Shown here: piece by piece, positions 40,253 to 51,744 of the stretch | How the letters are laid out: each line of letters begins with the position of its first letter | Numbering within the stretch: the first letter of the stretch is position 1 | Source of the DNA: an uncultured Thermoleophilia bacterium | GTDB taxonomy: Bacteria; Actinomycetota; Thermoleophilia; Gaiellales; Gaiellaceae | DNA: 64,000 nt | Direction of reading: 5' to 3' | NCBI GenBank assembly: GCA_963708505.1 | Contig: CAVPST010000002.1 | Location: forward strand, 149,287-213,286 | Program-made: the position numbers and the translations under genes | The notes under the pieces: model-generated | Seen by the model: the letters and a program-made list of their open reading frames with translations, nothing else | What the model was told of the DNA's origin: nothing | The model's database searches: none

Positions 40253-40266
40253 CGCTCTGAGGAGGG

Positions 40267-41985
40267 CTACCTCAGACTGATCGGTGCGCAGCTTGGCGCA
40301 CTCGCGCTGCCGTACAGGCCGGTCAGCGTCACGCAGAACCTGTACACGCCCTTCTTGGGAACCCGCGGCGTACGCCATGCCAATCCGTACGCCTTTCCCG
40401 ACTCGACGCCGAACAAGCCGCGGGCGAGACTGACGACCGTCGAGCGGTTCCTCTGCACTGCGATCGCCGCCGCAACCCGATGCGTATGCCCGCCCACCTT
40501 GAACCTGAGCGTGAGCCGGCCGCCCCACCTCCCCGAGGCTGGAAGCGCAGAGACGGTCGGCTTCGTCTCCGGCTCGTTCGTGATCGGGGCTGGGTCACCG
40601 GCGATGGAGCAGGAGCCGTCGGCGCCGCCTGCGCCGGAGTAGCTCGTCGCGAGCTCGAGCGCCGCGCCGGCATCGAGCACGCCACAGCCCATCCTGGGAG
40701 TCCAGCCCGCGCCCTCGCGTCTCGCGGACTGCTTGATGATGGCGGCGACCTGGTAGTTCTTCAGGTCCGGCCGCTTCGCCCAGATCAGCGCGGCCACGCC
40801 GGCTACCTCCGGGGCGGAGAAGGATGTCCCGGGGACGTACGCGTAGATGGCGCCGCCGTCACCGCTCCAGTACGGGTAGCAGGAGTTGTCGAACGATGTG
40901 AGCGGTGCGACAGTGACCAGGACACCGGAGCATGGGCCCTGATACCCGCCGGGCGCGACGAGGGAGAGTCTCTCGCCCGAATTGGAGAAATCCGCCAGGT
41001 TGCCGGAAACGTCGGTAGCGCCGACGGCGAGCCCGTAGCTCGGCCCGCCGCCCGGGGGCTGAAGATCGGCGGCGGGGTAGGCGACTTCAGCGGTCGAGTT
41101 CCCGGCCGCCGCAACGAGCAGCATGCCGTCCGCGGCCGCCTTGTGAATCGCGTCGCGGAGGATCGGTAGCTCTGGCGCGTCCTCACCGAAGCTCATGTTC
41201 ACGATCCGGACGCCGAGCCTGTCGAGCTTCATCAGTGCGACCGCGACCTCCGTATCCGTGAGTGCCTGGGCGCGGACGGCAATGAGATGCGTGGCGCCCC
41301 CGAAGCCGGCCATACCGAAACCGTCCCCGACGTTGGCGGCGATCAAGGAGGCGACGGCGGTCCCGTGGCCCACGACGTCGTTCCCGCCGGGATCCCGGGT
41401 CAACGTGCCGTCCTGCGCCACCGTCCAGCGCGCGTCGACCTTCCCCGCGAGGTCGGGCACGTCGGCCACGCCGGTGTCGATCGTCCCGACCACGATCGTC
41501 GGGCTCCCAGGCGACAGGTCGAGTGCGCGGTCGACGTGCGAGGGAGCGAACTGCCACTCGTAGGGCAAGCCGGTACTCGAGTCGATCGTCGAGAGCAGCG
41601 GATCGTTCGGCATCGACATCAGCGAACGTTTCGGTCCGAGCGGTGCGAGGTAGCGGATGCGTGGATCGGCGGAGGCGTTCGCCACCACCGAGCTGTCCAG
41701 CTCGATCACCGCCGCGTGCAGTTCCGGAATCACGCGAACGACCTCGAAGCCGTAGCTTGCGCGAACTGACGGCAGATCCCTCATCGATTCGAGACCGATC
41801 ACTGCCGTGGAACCGGCTCGCGTCGCGCGTAGCTCTGCTGAACCTGCCGACAGGTGCCGGTGAAACCACTGCACCTGCCTGCTGACCTTCGGAGGCGGTG
41901 AGACAGACGGTTTGGAAGTTGCGGCGCTCGCAGTCGGTGCAAGAACTACGACCGCCACGGCGGCGACGAGTGTCCTGATGGTCAT
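40267..41985 (-). CDS. Secreted S8-family (subtilisin-like) serine peptidase
   Basis: It has a signal peptide MTIRTLVAAVAVVVLAPTASA. The catalytic triad contexts are VGTIDTGV, GHGTAVASL and GTSFSAPEVAGVAAL. There is an extra C-terminal domain of about 120 aa. Confidence 0.88.
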   Translation of the reverse strand: MTIRTLVAAVAVVVLAPTASAATSKPSVSPPPKVSRQVQWFHRHLSAGSAELRATRAGSTAVIGLESMRDLPSVRASYGFEVVRVIPELHAAVIELDSSVVANASADPRIRYLAPLGPKRSLMSMPNDPLLSTIDSSTGLPYEWQFAPSHVDRALDLSPGSPTIVVGTIDTGVADVPDLAGKVDARWTVAQDGTLTRDPGGNDVVGHGTAVASLIAANVGDGFGMAGFGGATHLIAVRAQALTDTEVAVALMKLDRLGVRIVNMSFGEDAPELPILRDAIHKAAADGMLLVAAAGNSTAEVAYPAADLQPPGGGPSYGLAVGATDVSGNLADFSNSGERLSLVAPGGYQGPCSGVLVTVAPLTSFDNSCYPYWSGDGGAIYAYVPGTSFSAPEVAGVAALIWAKRPDLKNYQVAAIIKQSARREGAGWTPRMGCGVLDAGAALELATSYSGAGGADGSCSIAGDPAPITNEPETKPTVSALPASGRWGGRLTLRFKVGGHTHRVAAAIAVQRNRSTVVSLARGLFGVESGKAYGLAWRTPRVPKKGVYRFCVTLTGLYGSASAPSCAPISLR

Positions 41986-42097
41986 GAGCCCTCCTCGAGA
42001 TCCGCGACCGCCCAGTGCGATCGCTTGGCCGAGGCTCGGCTCGTGCGTTAGAAAGACAGCTGCAGCGTGCTAAACGCACGCTTGCAGGAGGGAATGG

Positions 42098-45000
42098 ATG
42101 CAGTACCGACTGCTCGGCCCGCTGGAGGTGCAGGGGGGTGATGGGACGCTCCCCTTGGGGGGCGCGAAGCAGCGAGCGGTTCTGGCGCTCTTGCTGTTGA
42201 GCGCGAACCGCGTTGTCCCGCGTGAGCGGCTGATCGACGAGCTCTGGGGCGATCAGCCGCCCGAGACGGCGGTGACGACGGTGCAGGTGTACGTCTCCCG
42301 CCTGCGCAAGCTGTTGCCTGAGGGGGTATTGCAGACCCGGCCCCCCGGCTATCTCCTCTCGATCGAACCGGACGGGTTCGATCTCCTGCGGTTCGAGTCG
42401 CTCGTTGCGGAGGCGCGGAAAGCGGATCTGGAACGCGCCTCCCAGCTCTTGCGCGAGGCACTCGAGCTCTGGCGGGGGCCGGCACTGGCGGAGTTCGCGA
42501 GCGAACCGTTCGCCCGAATGGAAGCCGGGAGGCTCGAAGGTCTGCGCCTTGTCGCGCTGGAGGAGCGGATCGAGACCGACCTCGCGCTCGGACGTCATGC
42601 GGATCTGATCGGCGAGCTGGAGACGTTGATCCTCGAGCATCCGAATAGAGAGCGCCTGCGAGCTCAGTTGATGGTGGCGCTGTACCGTTCGAGTCGGCAG
42701 GCGGATGCGTTGGCCGCCTACCGCGATGCCCGGCAAGTGCTCGACGATCTGGGCATCGAGCCGGGCGCGAAGCTGAGAGAGCTCGAACGGCAAATGCTGA
42801 CGCAGGACGCGTCGCTCGATCTCGTTCCGCAGCGCGTGCACGCGGAGGGACGGGTTCCTCTTCCCGGCCCGCTTGTTCCGGAGTCGCAGTTTCCCTTCGT
42901 CGGCCGGGTGTTCGAGGTGGCAACGCTTCACGCGTTGTTCGAGCGTGCGGAGGGTGGCGAGGGCGGCCTGGTGCTGCTGACCGGCGAGCCCGGCGCCGGC
43001 AAGACGCGGCTCTTGCGCGAGCTGACCCGCCATGCGGCGGACCACGGCGCGCTCGTGCTGTACGGCGTCTCGGACGCGGTGGTCAGCACGCCGTATCAGC
43101 CGCTGAGGGAATGGCTCGCGTTTCTCCTGCGCGTCTGTGACCCGGCGGCGCTCAAGGCGGAGCTCGGCAGCGAGGGTGGTCAACTGGCGCGGCTCGTCCC
43201 AGAGCTGGAGCAGTTGGGCATTTCTGCGACCGAGGCCGGCGACGCCGAGGCCGACCGCTATCTCCTGCAGAGTGCGGCGACGAAACTGCTGACCCGGCTC
43301 GGTCGCGCGCAACCTCTGCTCCTGCTCGTGGACGACCTCCACTGGGCCGACACCGAGACGCTGGGCCTGCTTCGTCAGCTCGCACGCGTCGCACCGGAGT
43401 CGCGGCTGCTGGTAGTCGCTGCGTACCGCGATCCCGGCGAGGAGATCAGCCCTCGCCTCCGCGACGCGCTCGCCGACCTCTTTCGCCTCGACGCTGTGAG
43501 CCGGCTCGCCCTCCGCGGCCTGAGCGCCGAGGAGATCGGCGCGTTCATCCAGGCGTCGGCCGATGCGGAGGCGAGTCCCGAGCTCACCTCGGCGATCAGC
43601 GAGCTCACCGACGGCACGCCGCTGCTGGTCTGCGAGCTTTGGCGTGACCTGCGGGAGAGTGCCGGGGTAGAGGTCGAGGCCGGCGGCGTGCGGTTATCCC
43701 GACCGGTGGCCGAGGTGCGCGGCCCCGCGCGGATCACTGAAGTCGTGCAGCAACGCCTTTCGCGTCTCCCGCCCGAGACGAGTCGCATGATCGAGCTGGC
43801 CGCTGTGACCGGCCCGCGATTCGAGCTCCGCCTCGTCGCCGCTGCTGCCGGCCTGGACCAGGCTGCGCTCACCGAGGCCGTCGTACGCGCCGCTCGCGAC
43901 GGGATCATCGAGGAGCTGCCGGAGCCGGTGCCTACGTGCCGCTTCACACACGAGCTCGTCCGTCGCGCCGTCTACGACCCGATCAAGCGCGTCCGCCTGC
44001 CGCAGCTGCATCTCCTCGTCGGCGAAGCGCTCGAGAGCGTCTATGCGGCCGATCTCGTGCGCGTCCTGCCCGAGCTCGCGCATCACTTCACGATCGCCGT
44101 CCCGGTCGCGGGCGCGGAGCGCGCGGTCGACTACAACCTGCGCGCGGCCGAGGCTGCGACCGCCTCGGTGGCCTACCGCGAGGCGGCGGCGAGGCTCTCG
44201 ACGGCGCTCGAGCTCGGCATCGCCGATCCACGTGAGCGCGCACGGGTGCAGGCCGAGCTCGGCAACCTCTACTACGAGAGCGGCCGCTTGGCGGAATCCG
44301 ACGCGCTCCTGACGGCAAGCCTGGAAGCCGCGACCGCGCTTGGAGAGCGGGCCCTTGCGGCACGTGCGCTCGTCCAGCGCTCGAACCAGCGGCTCGCGTC
44401 GGACCCGCTGGTCAGCTCGGCGGAGATCGTCCCGATCGCCGAGGAGGCGGTCAGGACGCTCGAGCAGCTCGACGATCCACTCGGTCTCGCCATGGCCGAG
44501 CAACTCCTCGCTCACGCGCTCTCGCGCGAGGGTCGGCGCGCCGAGAGCTCCGCGGCGCTCGAGCGGGCGCTCGCCCACGCGGAGGCCGCCGGCGATCACG
44601 TCATACGCCGCCACATCAACGGGCGTTTCTGCCGTGGGATCCTCGAGGGGCCCATGCCTGCGGCTGAGGCGATCGACCGCCTCGAGGAGTTCCGGTCGTC
44701 TCACCGGACGACCCGATGCTCGACGCGGGAGTGCGCGGCTGCCTCGCTGCGGCTCTCGCGATGGCCGGGCGCTTCGAGGAGGCCCGCGAGCACATCACGG
44801 CGGGGAACCCGTACCTCGACCAGCCCCTCCAGACAGATTTCTCTTTGCAGACCGCGTGGACAATCGGCGAGACATTGGAGTGGGCGGGCGACCAGGCCGG
44901 AGCCGAGCGTGAACTGGCGGCCGCGTTTCTCCGTATGCGCGATGCGAGAGGCGCGGGACCGGAAGCGCGAGCACTTCGCATCGCCGCTCAGCTCGCGCTC

Positions 45001-45367
45001 CTGCTCTGCGACCAGGGCCGCTGGGACGAGGCCGCCGCTTACCTCGCCTACGGCGAGGAGGTCGACGGAGCCGAGCCGATCCAGGGCAAGATCTACTCCT
45101 GGTACCGCTTTGCCGCCAGGGGCCGGCTGGCGGCGCAGCGTGGCGAGCTCACCGAAGCCCTCCAGCTCGTCCGCCAGGCAGTCGAGGTCGCCGATCGTGC
45201 CGACTGGCTGAACATCAGGGCCCGCGTCTGGCTCGCATTCGCCGAGGTAGCCCGCAAAGCCGGCCGGACGGCCGAGGCCGACGACGCCGTCGCGACGGCC
45301 GCTCGCCCTCTACGAGCAGAAGGGAAACGTGGCCGCCGCCGCCCGCCTGCAGGCTGAGCCGAGGTAG
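42098..45367 (+). CDS. SARP/AfsR-type regulator (winged-helix plus BTAD, NB-ARC ATPase, TPR), paralog 1, with two frame breaks
   Basis: It has LLGPLEVQGGDG...GGAKQRAVLALLLL, BTAD ELWRGPALAEF and Walker A GEPGAGKTRLLRE. It breaks near 44705 and continues as DPMLDAGVRGCLAAALAMAGRFEEA in the 44716 frame. It breaks again at about 45301, where an extra G is present relative to paralog 2. The true end is ...ALYEQKGNVAAAARLQAEPR-TAG at 45365-45367. Confidence 0.85.
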
Positions 45368-45370
45368 GAC

Positions 45371-48300
45371 GTGGACTATCTGCTGCTCGGGTCGCTGGAG
45401 GTTCGGGACGGTGACGGCCCGCTACCGCTTGGCGGTGCGAAGCAGCGGGCGCTGCTGGCGCTGCTGTTGTTGCACGCGAACCATGTTGTCTCGCGCGACC
45501 GGCTCGTCGACGAGCTGTGGGGCGACAGCCCGCCCGAGACGGCGGTGCAGGGCGTGCAGGTCTACGTCTCGCGGCTGAGAAGACTGCTCCCGGCTGAAAC
45601 GCTCCTGACGCGGCCGCCGGGCTACCTGCTGGCAGCCGCGCCCGAGACGATCGACCTGCGACGGTTCGAACGCCTCGTCGCCGCTGCGCGCATGGCCGAC
45701 CCCGAGCGCGCGTCGCGCTTGCTGCGCGAAGCTCTGGAGCTCTGGCGCGGCCCGGCGCTGGCGGAGTTCGGCGAGGAGCCGTTCTCGCGAGCAGAAGCCG
45801 GCCGGCTGGAAGATCTACGGCTCGCCGCGCTCGAGGAGCGGATCGAGGCCGACCTTGCCCTCGGGCGACACCACGAGCTTGCCGGGGAGCTGGAGGCGCT
45901 GATCGCCGCCCACCCGCATCGCGAGCGGCTGCGCGCCCAGCTGATGTTGGCCCTCTACCGCTCGGGAAGGCAGGCGGAGGCGCTCGAGGCGTATCGGGAC
46001 GGGCGAGCTGCTCTCGACGAGCTCGGGATCGAGCCGGGCGCCGCGCTTCGTGAGCTGGAGCGAGCGATCCTCGCCCAGGACCGGGCGCTCGCCGCGCCGG
46101 CGCCGTTGCTCGAGGTGGCGCCGCCGCTACCAGGGCCGCTCGTGCCGACCTCGCCGTTCCCGTTCGTCGGCCGTGAGCGCGAGCTGAAGCGCCTGCGCTT
46201 GCTGCTCGAGCAGGCCGAGGGCGGTGAGGGTGCCGTGGTGCTGCTTGCAGGTGAGCCCGGCGCCGGCAAGACGCGGCTCGTCCGCGAGCTCGCGGACGAG
46301 GCCGTGGCGCGGGGCGTGCTCGTGCTCTACGGGGCCTCGAGCGCGACGATCAGCGTCCCGTACCAGCCACTCGTCGAGTGGCTCGAGTTCGTTCTGCGTG
46401 TCTGCGACGCCGAGGCGCTCCGGGCCTCCATGGGAACGAGCGGTGGGGCGCTCGGGCTGCTGGTGCCGGAGCTGGCCCGACTGACCGGCGCGCCCGCCCA
46501 GCCCTCCGGCGACGCCGAGGCCGACCGCTACCTGCTGCAGACAGCGGCGGTGGAGGTGCTGACGAGGATGAGCCGTGTCCAGCCACTCCTGCTCGTGGTT
46601 GACGACCTCCACTGGTCAGACGCCGAGACCCTGGACCTCCTGCGGCGCCTGGCCCGCACCGTGCCGGAGACGCGCATCGTCGTCTTGGCTGCCTTTCGAG
46701 ACCCGGGTGAAGAGATCGGGCCGGCTCTGGCCGACGCGCTCGCCGATCTCTCACGCCTCGACGCCGTGACGCGCGTATCCCTCGGCGGGCTCAGCGCCGA
46801 CGAGGTAGGTGCGTTCATCCGCGCATCCACCGACGCCGAAGCGACCCCCGAGCTCGCCTCCGAACTCGGCGAGCTCACCGATGGCACACCACTCCTCCTC
46901 TGCGAGCTCTGGCGCGACCTGCGCGACACCGGCTCGGTCGAGGTGTTGGACGGCAGTGCGCGGCTCTCGCGACCCGTCGGCGAGCTGCGCGGCCCCGAGC
47001 GCATTCGCGATCTCGTGCGCCAGCGCCTGTCGCGCCTCCCTCCCCAGACGAGAGCGGTGGTCGAGACGGCTGCGGTCGCAGGCCCGCGCTTCGAGCTGGC
47101 GGTGCTGGGCGAGGCGGCTGGACTGGACCCGGCCGCGCTTCTGGCCCGTCTCGACGAGGCTGCCGAAGCGAGGCTCCTCGAGGCGCTTCCCGAGCGCACG
47201 CTCGCCTGGCGCTTTACGCACGAGCTCCTGCGACGAGCGGTCTACGACCGGCTCAAAGGTGCGCAACGGGTCGAGCTCCACCTCCGCGTCGGCGAAGCGC
47301 TCGAGGAGGTCCATGCGGCCGATCTCGTGCGCGTCCTGCCCGAGCTCGCGCACCATTTCACGATCGCCGCCCCGGTCGCGGGCGCCGAGCGCGCGGTCGG
47401 CTACAACCTGCGCGCGGCCGAGGCTGCGACCGCATCGGTCGCCTACCGCGAGGCGGCGGCGTGGCTTTCGACGGCGCTCGAGCTCGGCATCTCCGACCCA
47501 CGCGAGCGCGCCCGGGTGCAGGCCGAGCTCGGCCACCTCTACTACGAAAGCGGCCGCTTGGCGGAGTCCGACGCGCTACTGACTGCGAGTCTCGAAGCTG
47601 CGACCGGCCTCGGTGAGCCGGCCCTCGCGGCGCGCGCGCTCGTCCAGCGCTCGAACCAGCGGCTCGCGTCGGATCCCCTGGTCAGCTCGGCGGAGATGAT
47701 CCCGATCGCCGAGGAGGCGGTCAGGACGCTCGAGCAACTCGACGATCGACTCGGTCTCGCCATGGCCGAGCAGCTCCTCGGTCACGCGCTTAGCCGCGAC
47801 GGTCGAACTGTCGAGAGCCAGGCGACGCTCGAGCGGGCCCTCGTCCACGCGGAGGCCGCCGGAGACCAGGTCATCCGCCGCCACATCATCGGGCGGCTCT
47901 GCATGCGGGCTGACGAACGGCCCCACCCCCGCCGGTGAGGCGATCGACCGCCTCGAGCAGCTTCGGGCGGCTCACGGCAGCGACCCGATGCTCGACGCGG
48001 GGCTCCGCGCATGCCTCGCTCGGAGTCCTCACGATGGCCGGCCGCTTCGTCGAGGCGCGCGAGCACATCCTGGCGATCAATCCGCTCCTCGACCAGGCCG
48101 TCCAGACAGATTTTTCATTGCAGAGCCGGTCGACGATCGCCGAGGCGATGGAGTGGCCGACGACCTGGCCGGCGCCGAGCGGGAACTGCGGCTGGGTTTC
48201 TCAGATGCGAGATGCGAGAGGCGCCGGACCCGGAGGCGCGAGCGCTTCGAGTAGCCGCTGACCTCGCGCTCCTGCTCTGCGATCAGGGCCGCTGGGACGA

Positions 48301-48655
48301 GGCCGCCGGATACCTCGCCTACGGCGAGGAGGTCGACGGAGCCGAGCCGGTCCAGGGCAAGGTGTACTCCTGGTACCGCTTTGCCGCCAGGGGTCGACTT
48401 GCGGCGCAGCGTGGCGAGTTCACCGAAGCCCTCCAGCTCGCCCGGCAGGCAGTCGAGGTCGCCGATCGGGGCGCCACGCTGAATTTCAGGGGCCGAGTCT
48501 GGGCCGCACTCGCCGAGGTAACCCGTGCCGCGGGCCGGACGGCCGAGGCCGACGACGCCGTCGCGACGGCCCTCGCCCTCTACGAGCAGAAGGGGAACGT
48601 GGCCGCAGCTGCCCGGCTCCGGGCAATGCACCGCGCGCAGGTCGGCGGACGTTGA
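45371..48655 (+). pseudogene. SARP/AfsR-type regulator, paralog 2, with about five frame breaks within 47900-48240
   Basis: It has the same architecture as paralog 1 (LLGSLEVRDGDG, GEPGAGKTRLVRE). The 45371 frame stops at 47938. The protein then continues through the frames of ORFs 47988, 47935, 47988, 47935 and 48011, and ends ...ALYEQKGNVAAAARLRAMHRAQVGGR at 48655. Confidence 0.8.
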
Positions 48656-48720
48656 CCGGGCTGCGGGTGCCGATGTAGCCTGGACGTCTGACTTCAGGCA
48701 GGCGTCACCACATTGGTGTC

Positions 48721-49977
48721 GTGGTTGCGGCTGTCGCCGCCCTCGGCATGTTGGCGGTCGGCGTCGCCGGGAGCGAAGCGCGGCTCGCGAAGACGAACGC
48801 GATCACCATCAGCGTGCTGGCCACCAACACGCAGAAGCCTGGCCTCGACGTGCTGAACGCCAACTTCGAGCGCGTCTATCCGAACATCAACATCGACGCC
48901 ACCTACCCGACCGGGGTGATCCGGGACCAGCTCGAGCTGACGGAGCTCGCCGCGGGCAACGCTCCAGACGTGCTCTCGGTCTCGCCGGGCTGCTTCAAGC
49001 TCGTCGCCGTCTGCCCGTTCGCGAAGGCGGGCTATCTGGCCCCGATGATCAACAAGCCGTGGGTGAGGTGGTCGCTGCCGTTCGTGCTCTCGCTCGACAA
49101 GTACGGGCCGAACCTCTACGCCTTCACGCCGCAGGTCGCGCCGATGGGCATGTTCACGAACGACGATCTGTTCAAGAAGCTCAGGCTGAAGGTGCCGCAG
49201 ACGTTCGCGCAGCTGCTCGATCTCTGTCGGAGGGCGAAAGCCGCCGGCACGGTCGCGATGATCTTCAGCGCGGACCCGCAGGAGGTCTCGAACCTGCTCG
49301 TCGATCTCGCGGTCGGGACCTTGTACGGGAAGGACAAGCACTGGCCGGCCGAGCTACGGGCCGGGAAGGCCAGCTTCAGCGGGACCCCGGGCTGGCACGC
49401 CGCCCTGCAGGAGTACGTGGACATGAATGCGAGCGGCTGCTTCCAGCCCGGGCTCAGCGGGACATCGTCTGCCTCCGCGCACGCCCAATTCGCCCTGGGA
49501 CGGGGGCTGATCGACCCCTCGGTCGGCTCGAACAAGGGCCTCATCGACGCCGGCAGCCCGGCGTTCAGGTTCTCCCACCGTCCGTTTCCCGGTGGCACAG
49601 CGCCGGGCCAGACGACGACCTTCATCAACATCCAGGCCGGGTTCGGCGTCAACGCTCACTCGAGCTCCGGAAACCAGGCGGCGGCCCAGACCTATCTCGA
49701 CTTCATCGCGCGTCCGAAGCAGAACGCGCTCTTCGCCCAGATCAACGGCGGAATGACCCAGTACCAGTTCTCGCACTCGCAGCTGCCGGCCTTCATGTCG
49801 ACCTACTCGTCGGTGCTCGGCAAGCACGCGTACGTCGTCAACCCGCAACAGACGTGGTGGAACCCGGGCGTCCTGCTCGCGCTCCAGCAGAGCCAGATCG
49901 GTCTGATCACCGGCCAGCGCTCGATCGACGACGTCCTGAACGCCATGGACGCAGCCTGGAAGAAGGGGCCTGCGTAG
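48721..49977 (+). CDS. ABC transporter substrate-binding protein (sugar type, family 1)
   Basis: 418-aa uninterrupted ORF with the signal sequence VAAVAALGMLAVGVAGS. Its overall pattern resembles carbohydrate-binding proteins, and it sits first in an ABC operon. Confidence 0.8.
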   Translation: MVAAVAALGMLAVGVAGSEARLAKTNAITISVLATNTQKPGLDVLNANFERVYPNINIDATYPTGVIRDQLELTELAAGNAPDVLSVSPGCFKLVAVCPFAKAGYLAPMINKPWVRWSLPFVLSLDKYGPNLYAFTPQVAPMGMFTNDDLFKKLRLKVPQTFAQLLDLCRRAKAAGTVAMIFSADPQEVSNLLVDLAVGTLYGKDKHWPAELRAGKASFSGTPGWHAALQEYVDMNASGCFQPGLSGTSSASAHAQFALGRGLIDPSVGSNKGLIDAGSPAFRFSHRPFPGGTAPGQTTTFINIQAGFGVNAHSSSGNQAAAQTYLDFIARPKQNALFAQINGGMTQYQFSHSQLPAFMSTYSSVLGKHAYVVNPQQTWWNPGVLLALQQSQIGLITGQRSIDDVLNAMDAAWKKGPA

Positions 49978-49978
49978 C

Positions 49979-50905
49979 GTGCCCGTGACGGGCGGCGCTC
50001 GGATGAGCGCGGTCCGGCAGGCGCTTCTTCCGCGGCGGCGAGGCGTGATCCGAGCGCCGTGGCTGCTCGCGCTCCCCGGCCTCGCGGCCCTGTTCGCGTT
50101 CCACTTCGTGCCGATCGTCCTCGGCGGCTACTACGCGTTCACGAACTGGAACGGGCACCCGCGCCGCGTGGCTCGGCCTGGGCAACTTCCGCGAGATTGT
50201 TCGCGACGAAGCGACGCGAGGGGCGCTCTGGCACACGATCGAGCTTGCCGTCTGCTTCGTCGTGCTCGTGAATGCGATCGGCCTGGCGCTCGCGCTCGGG
50301 ACTGAACCGGGCGGTGAAGTCGAGGCATCTGCTGCGGTCGCTGTTCTTCGCGCCGGTGGCCGTCAGTCCGCTCGCGATCGGCTTCATCTGGCTCTGGATC
50401 TTCGACTACCAGGGGGCCCTCAACCGCGTGCTCGGCGATGTCGGACTCTCGTCCCTGAAGCGAGCGTGGCTCGGTGATCCTTCGACCGCGATCTGGACGA
50501 TCCTCGTCCGTCATGATCTGGCAGTTCTCCGGCCTCGCGATGGTGCTCTACCTCGCCGGCCTGCAGGGAATCTCCGACGAGCTGTACGAAGCCACGCTCG
50601 TCGACGGTGCGTCCGGCTGGTTCCGCGTGCGCAAGGTCGTCCTGCCCCTGCTCGCGCCTGCGATGACCGTCAGCGCGACGATGACGCTGATCATCGGCTT
50701 TCGGGTCTTCGACCAGGTCATGGCGCTGACCCAGGGTGGCCCGGTCACGGCGACGGAGACGCTCACCACGCAGGTCTACAAGCAGACGTTCTATCTCGGC
50801 CGGTTCGGTTACGGAGCCTCGTTGGCGCTCATCCTCACGGCGCTGATCACCGGGCTCGTCCTGACGCAACTGGCGCTGCTGCGACGGAACGAAGAGCGGC
50901 TCTGA
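49979..50905 (+). pseudogene. Sugar ABC transporter permease 1, with three frame breaks as sequenced
   Basis: PWLLALPGLAALFAFHFVPIVLGGYYAFTNWNG runs in the 49979 frame. AAWLGLGNFREIVRDEATRGALWHTIELAVCFVVLVNAIGLALALG follows in the 50262 frame, then LNRAVKSRHLLRSLFFAPVAVSPLAIGFIWLWIF in the 50272 frame. It ends with VMIWQFSGLAMVLYLAGLQGISDELYEATLVDGA in the 50474-50905 frame. The breaks lie near 50160, 50301 and 50507. Confidence 0.78.
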
Positions 50906-50906
50906 G

Positions 50907-51744
50907 GTGGGGATCGCGTTACAAACGGAGCACGCTGCTGCGCGAGCTGGCGCTGATCCTGGTGGCGATCGTCTTCTGCCTGCCGTTCTACCTGCTGATC
51001 GCGATCGCGCTCGAGACGACCGCCCAGACCTATTCGACGCCGCTCTCGTTTCCGTGGCCGCCGCGCTTCGGCAACTTCCCGACGCGTGGAGCACCGGCGG
51101 CGATCGCGGACTCGGCCGTGCACTCGAGAGCAGCGCGATCATCACCATCTCGAGCGTCGCCGCCCTGATCGCGCTCGGCTCGCTCTGCGCCTACACGATC
51201 GCGCGCCGCAAGGGCCATCTCAGCAACTTCGTCTACATCCTCTTCGTGCTCGGGTACATCCTGCCGTACCAGCTTGCGATCATTCCGCTCTTCGTCGCAA
51301 TGGGCCACCTCGGCTTGATCGGCAACTACGCCGGGATGATCGTGCTCAACGTCGGCCTGCTGATGCCGCTGACGGTGTTCCTCTACACCGGCTTCATCCG
51401 CGCCCTCCCACGGGACTATGAGGAGGCGGCGCGGGTGGACGGCGCCGGGATCCTCAGGACGTACGCCAGGGTCGTCTTTCCCCTGCTGCGGCCGATCACC
51501 GGCACGGTGGCGGTGCTCCTCGGGATCAGCGTGTGGAACGAGTTCTTCACCGCGTTGATCTTCCTCGTAGGGAGCCACTACCAGACGCTGCCCGTCGCCG
51601 TCTATTCCGCTCGCGACCGGCGAAGTCGCGCGCTGGAACCTGATCTTCGCGGGCGTCGCGATCGCGATCGCGCCGATCCTCGTCTTCTACCTCTTCGCGC
51701 AGCGTCAGCTGATCCGCGGCTTCTCGGGCGGGGTGAAGGGATGA
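50907..51744 (+). pseudogene. Sugar ABC transporter permease 2, with three frame breaks as sequenced
   Basis: After GTG 50907 there is a gggg run. The protein then reads GSRYKRSTLLRELALILVAIVFCLPFYLLIAIALE (50272 frame), then DAWSTGG...ESSAIITISSVAALIALGSLCAYTIARRKG...EEAARVDGAG (50907 frame). The tail is TGEVARWNLIFAGVAIAIAPILVFYLFAQRQLIRGFSGGVKG-TGA. The breaks lie near 50910, 51080 and 51615. Confidence 0.78.

Noticed and set aside
42098-48655. The two STAND NTPases beside a protease as a possible Avs-like antiphage system
   Set aside because: Their N-terminal modules are ordinary winged-helix/BTAD DNA-binding domains, the SARP/AfsR regulator architecture. They are not nuclease, protease or other effector domains. 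No other defence-associated genes are nearby.
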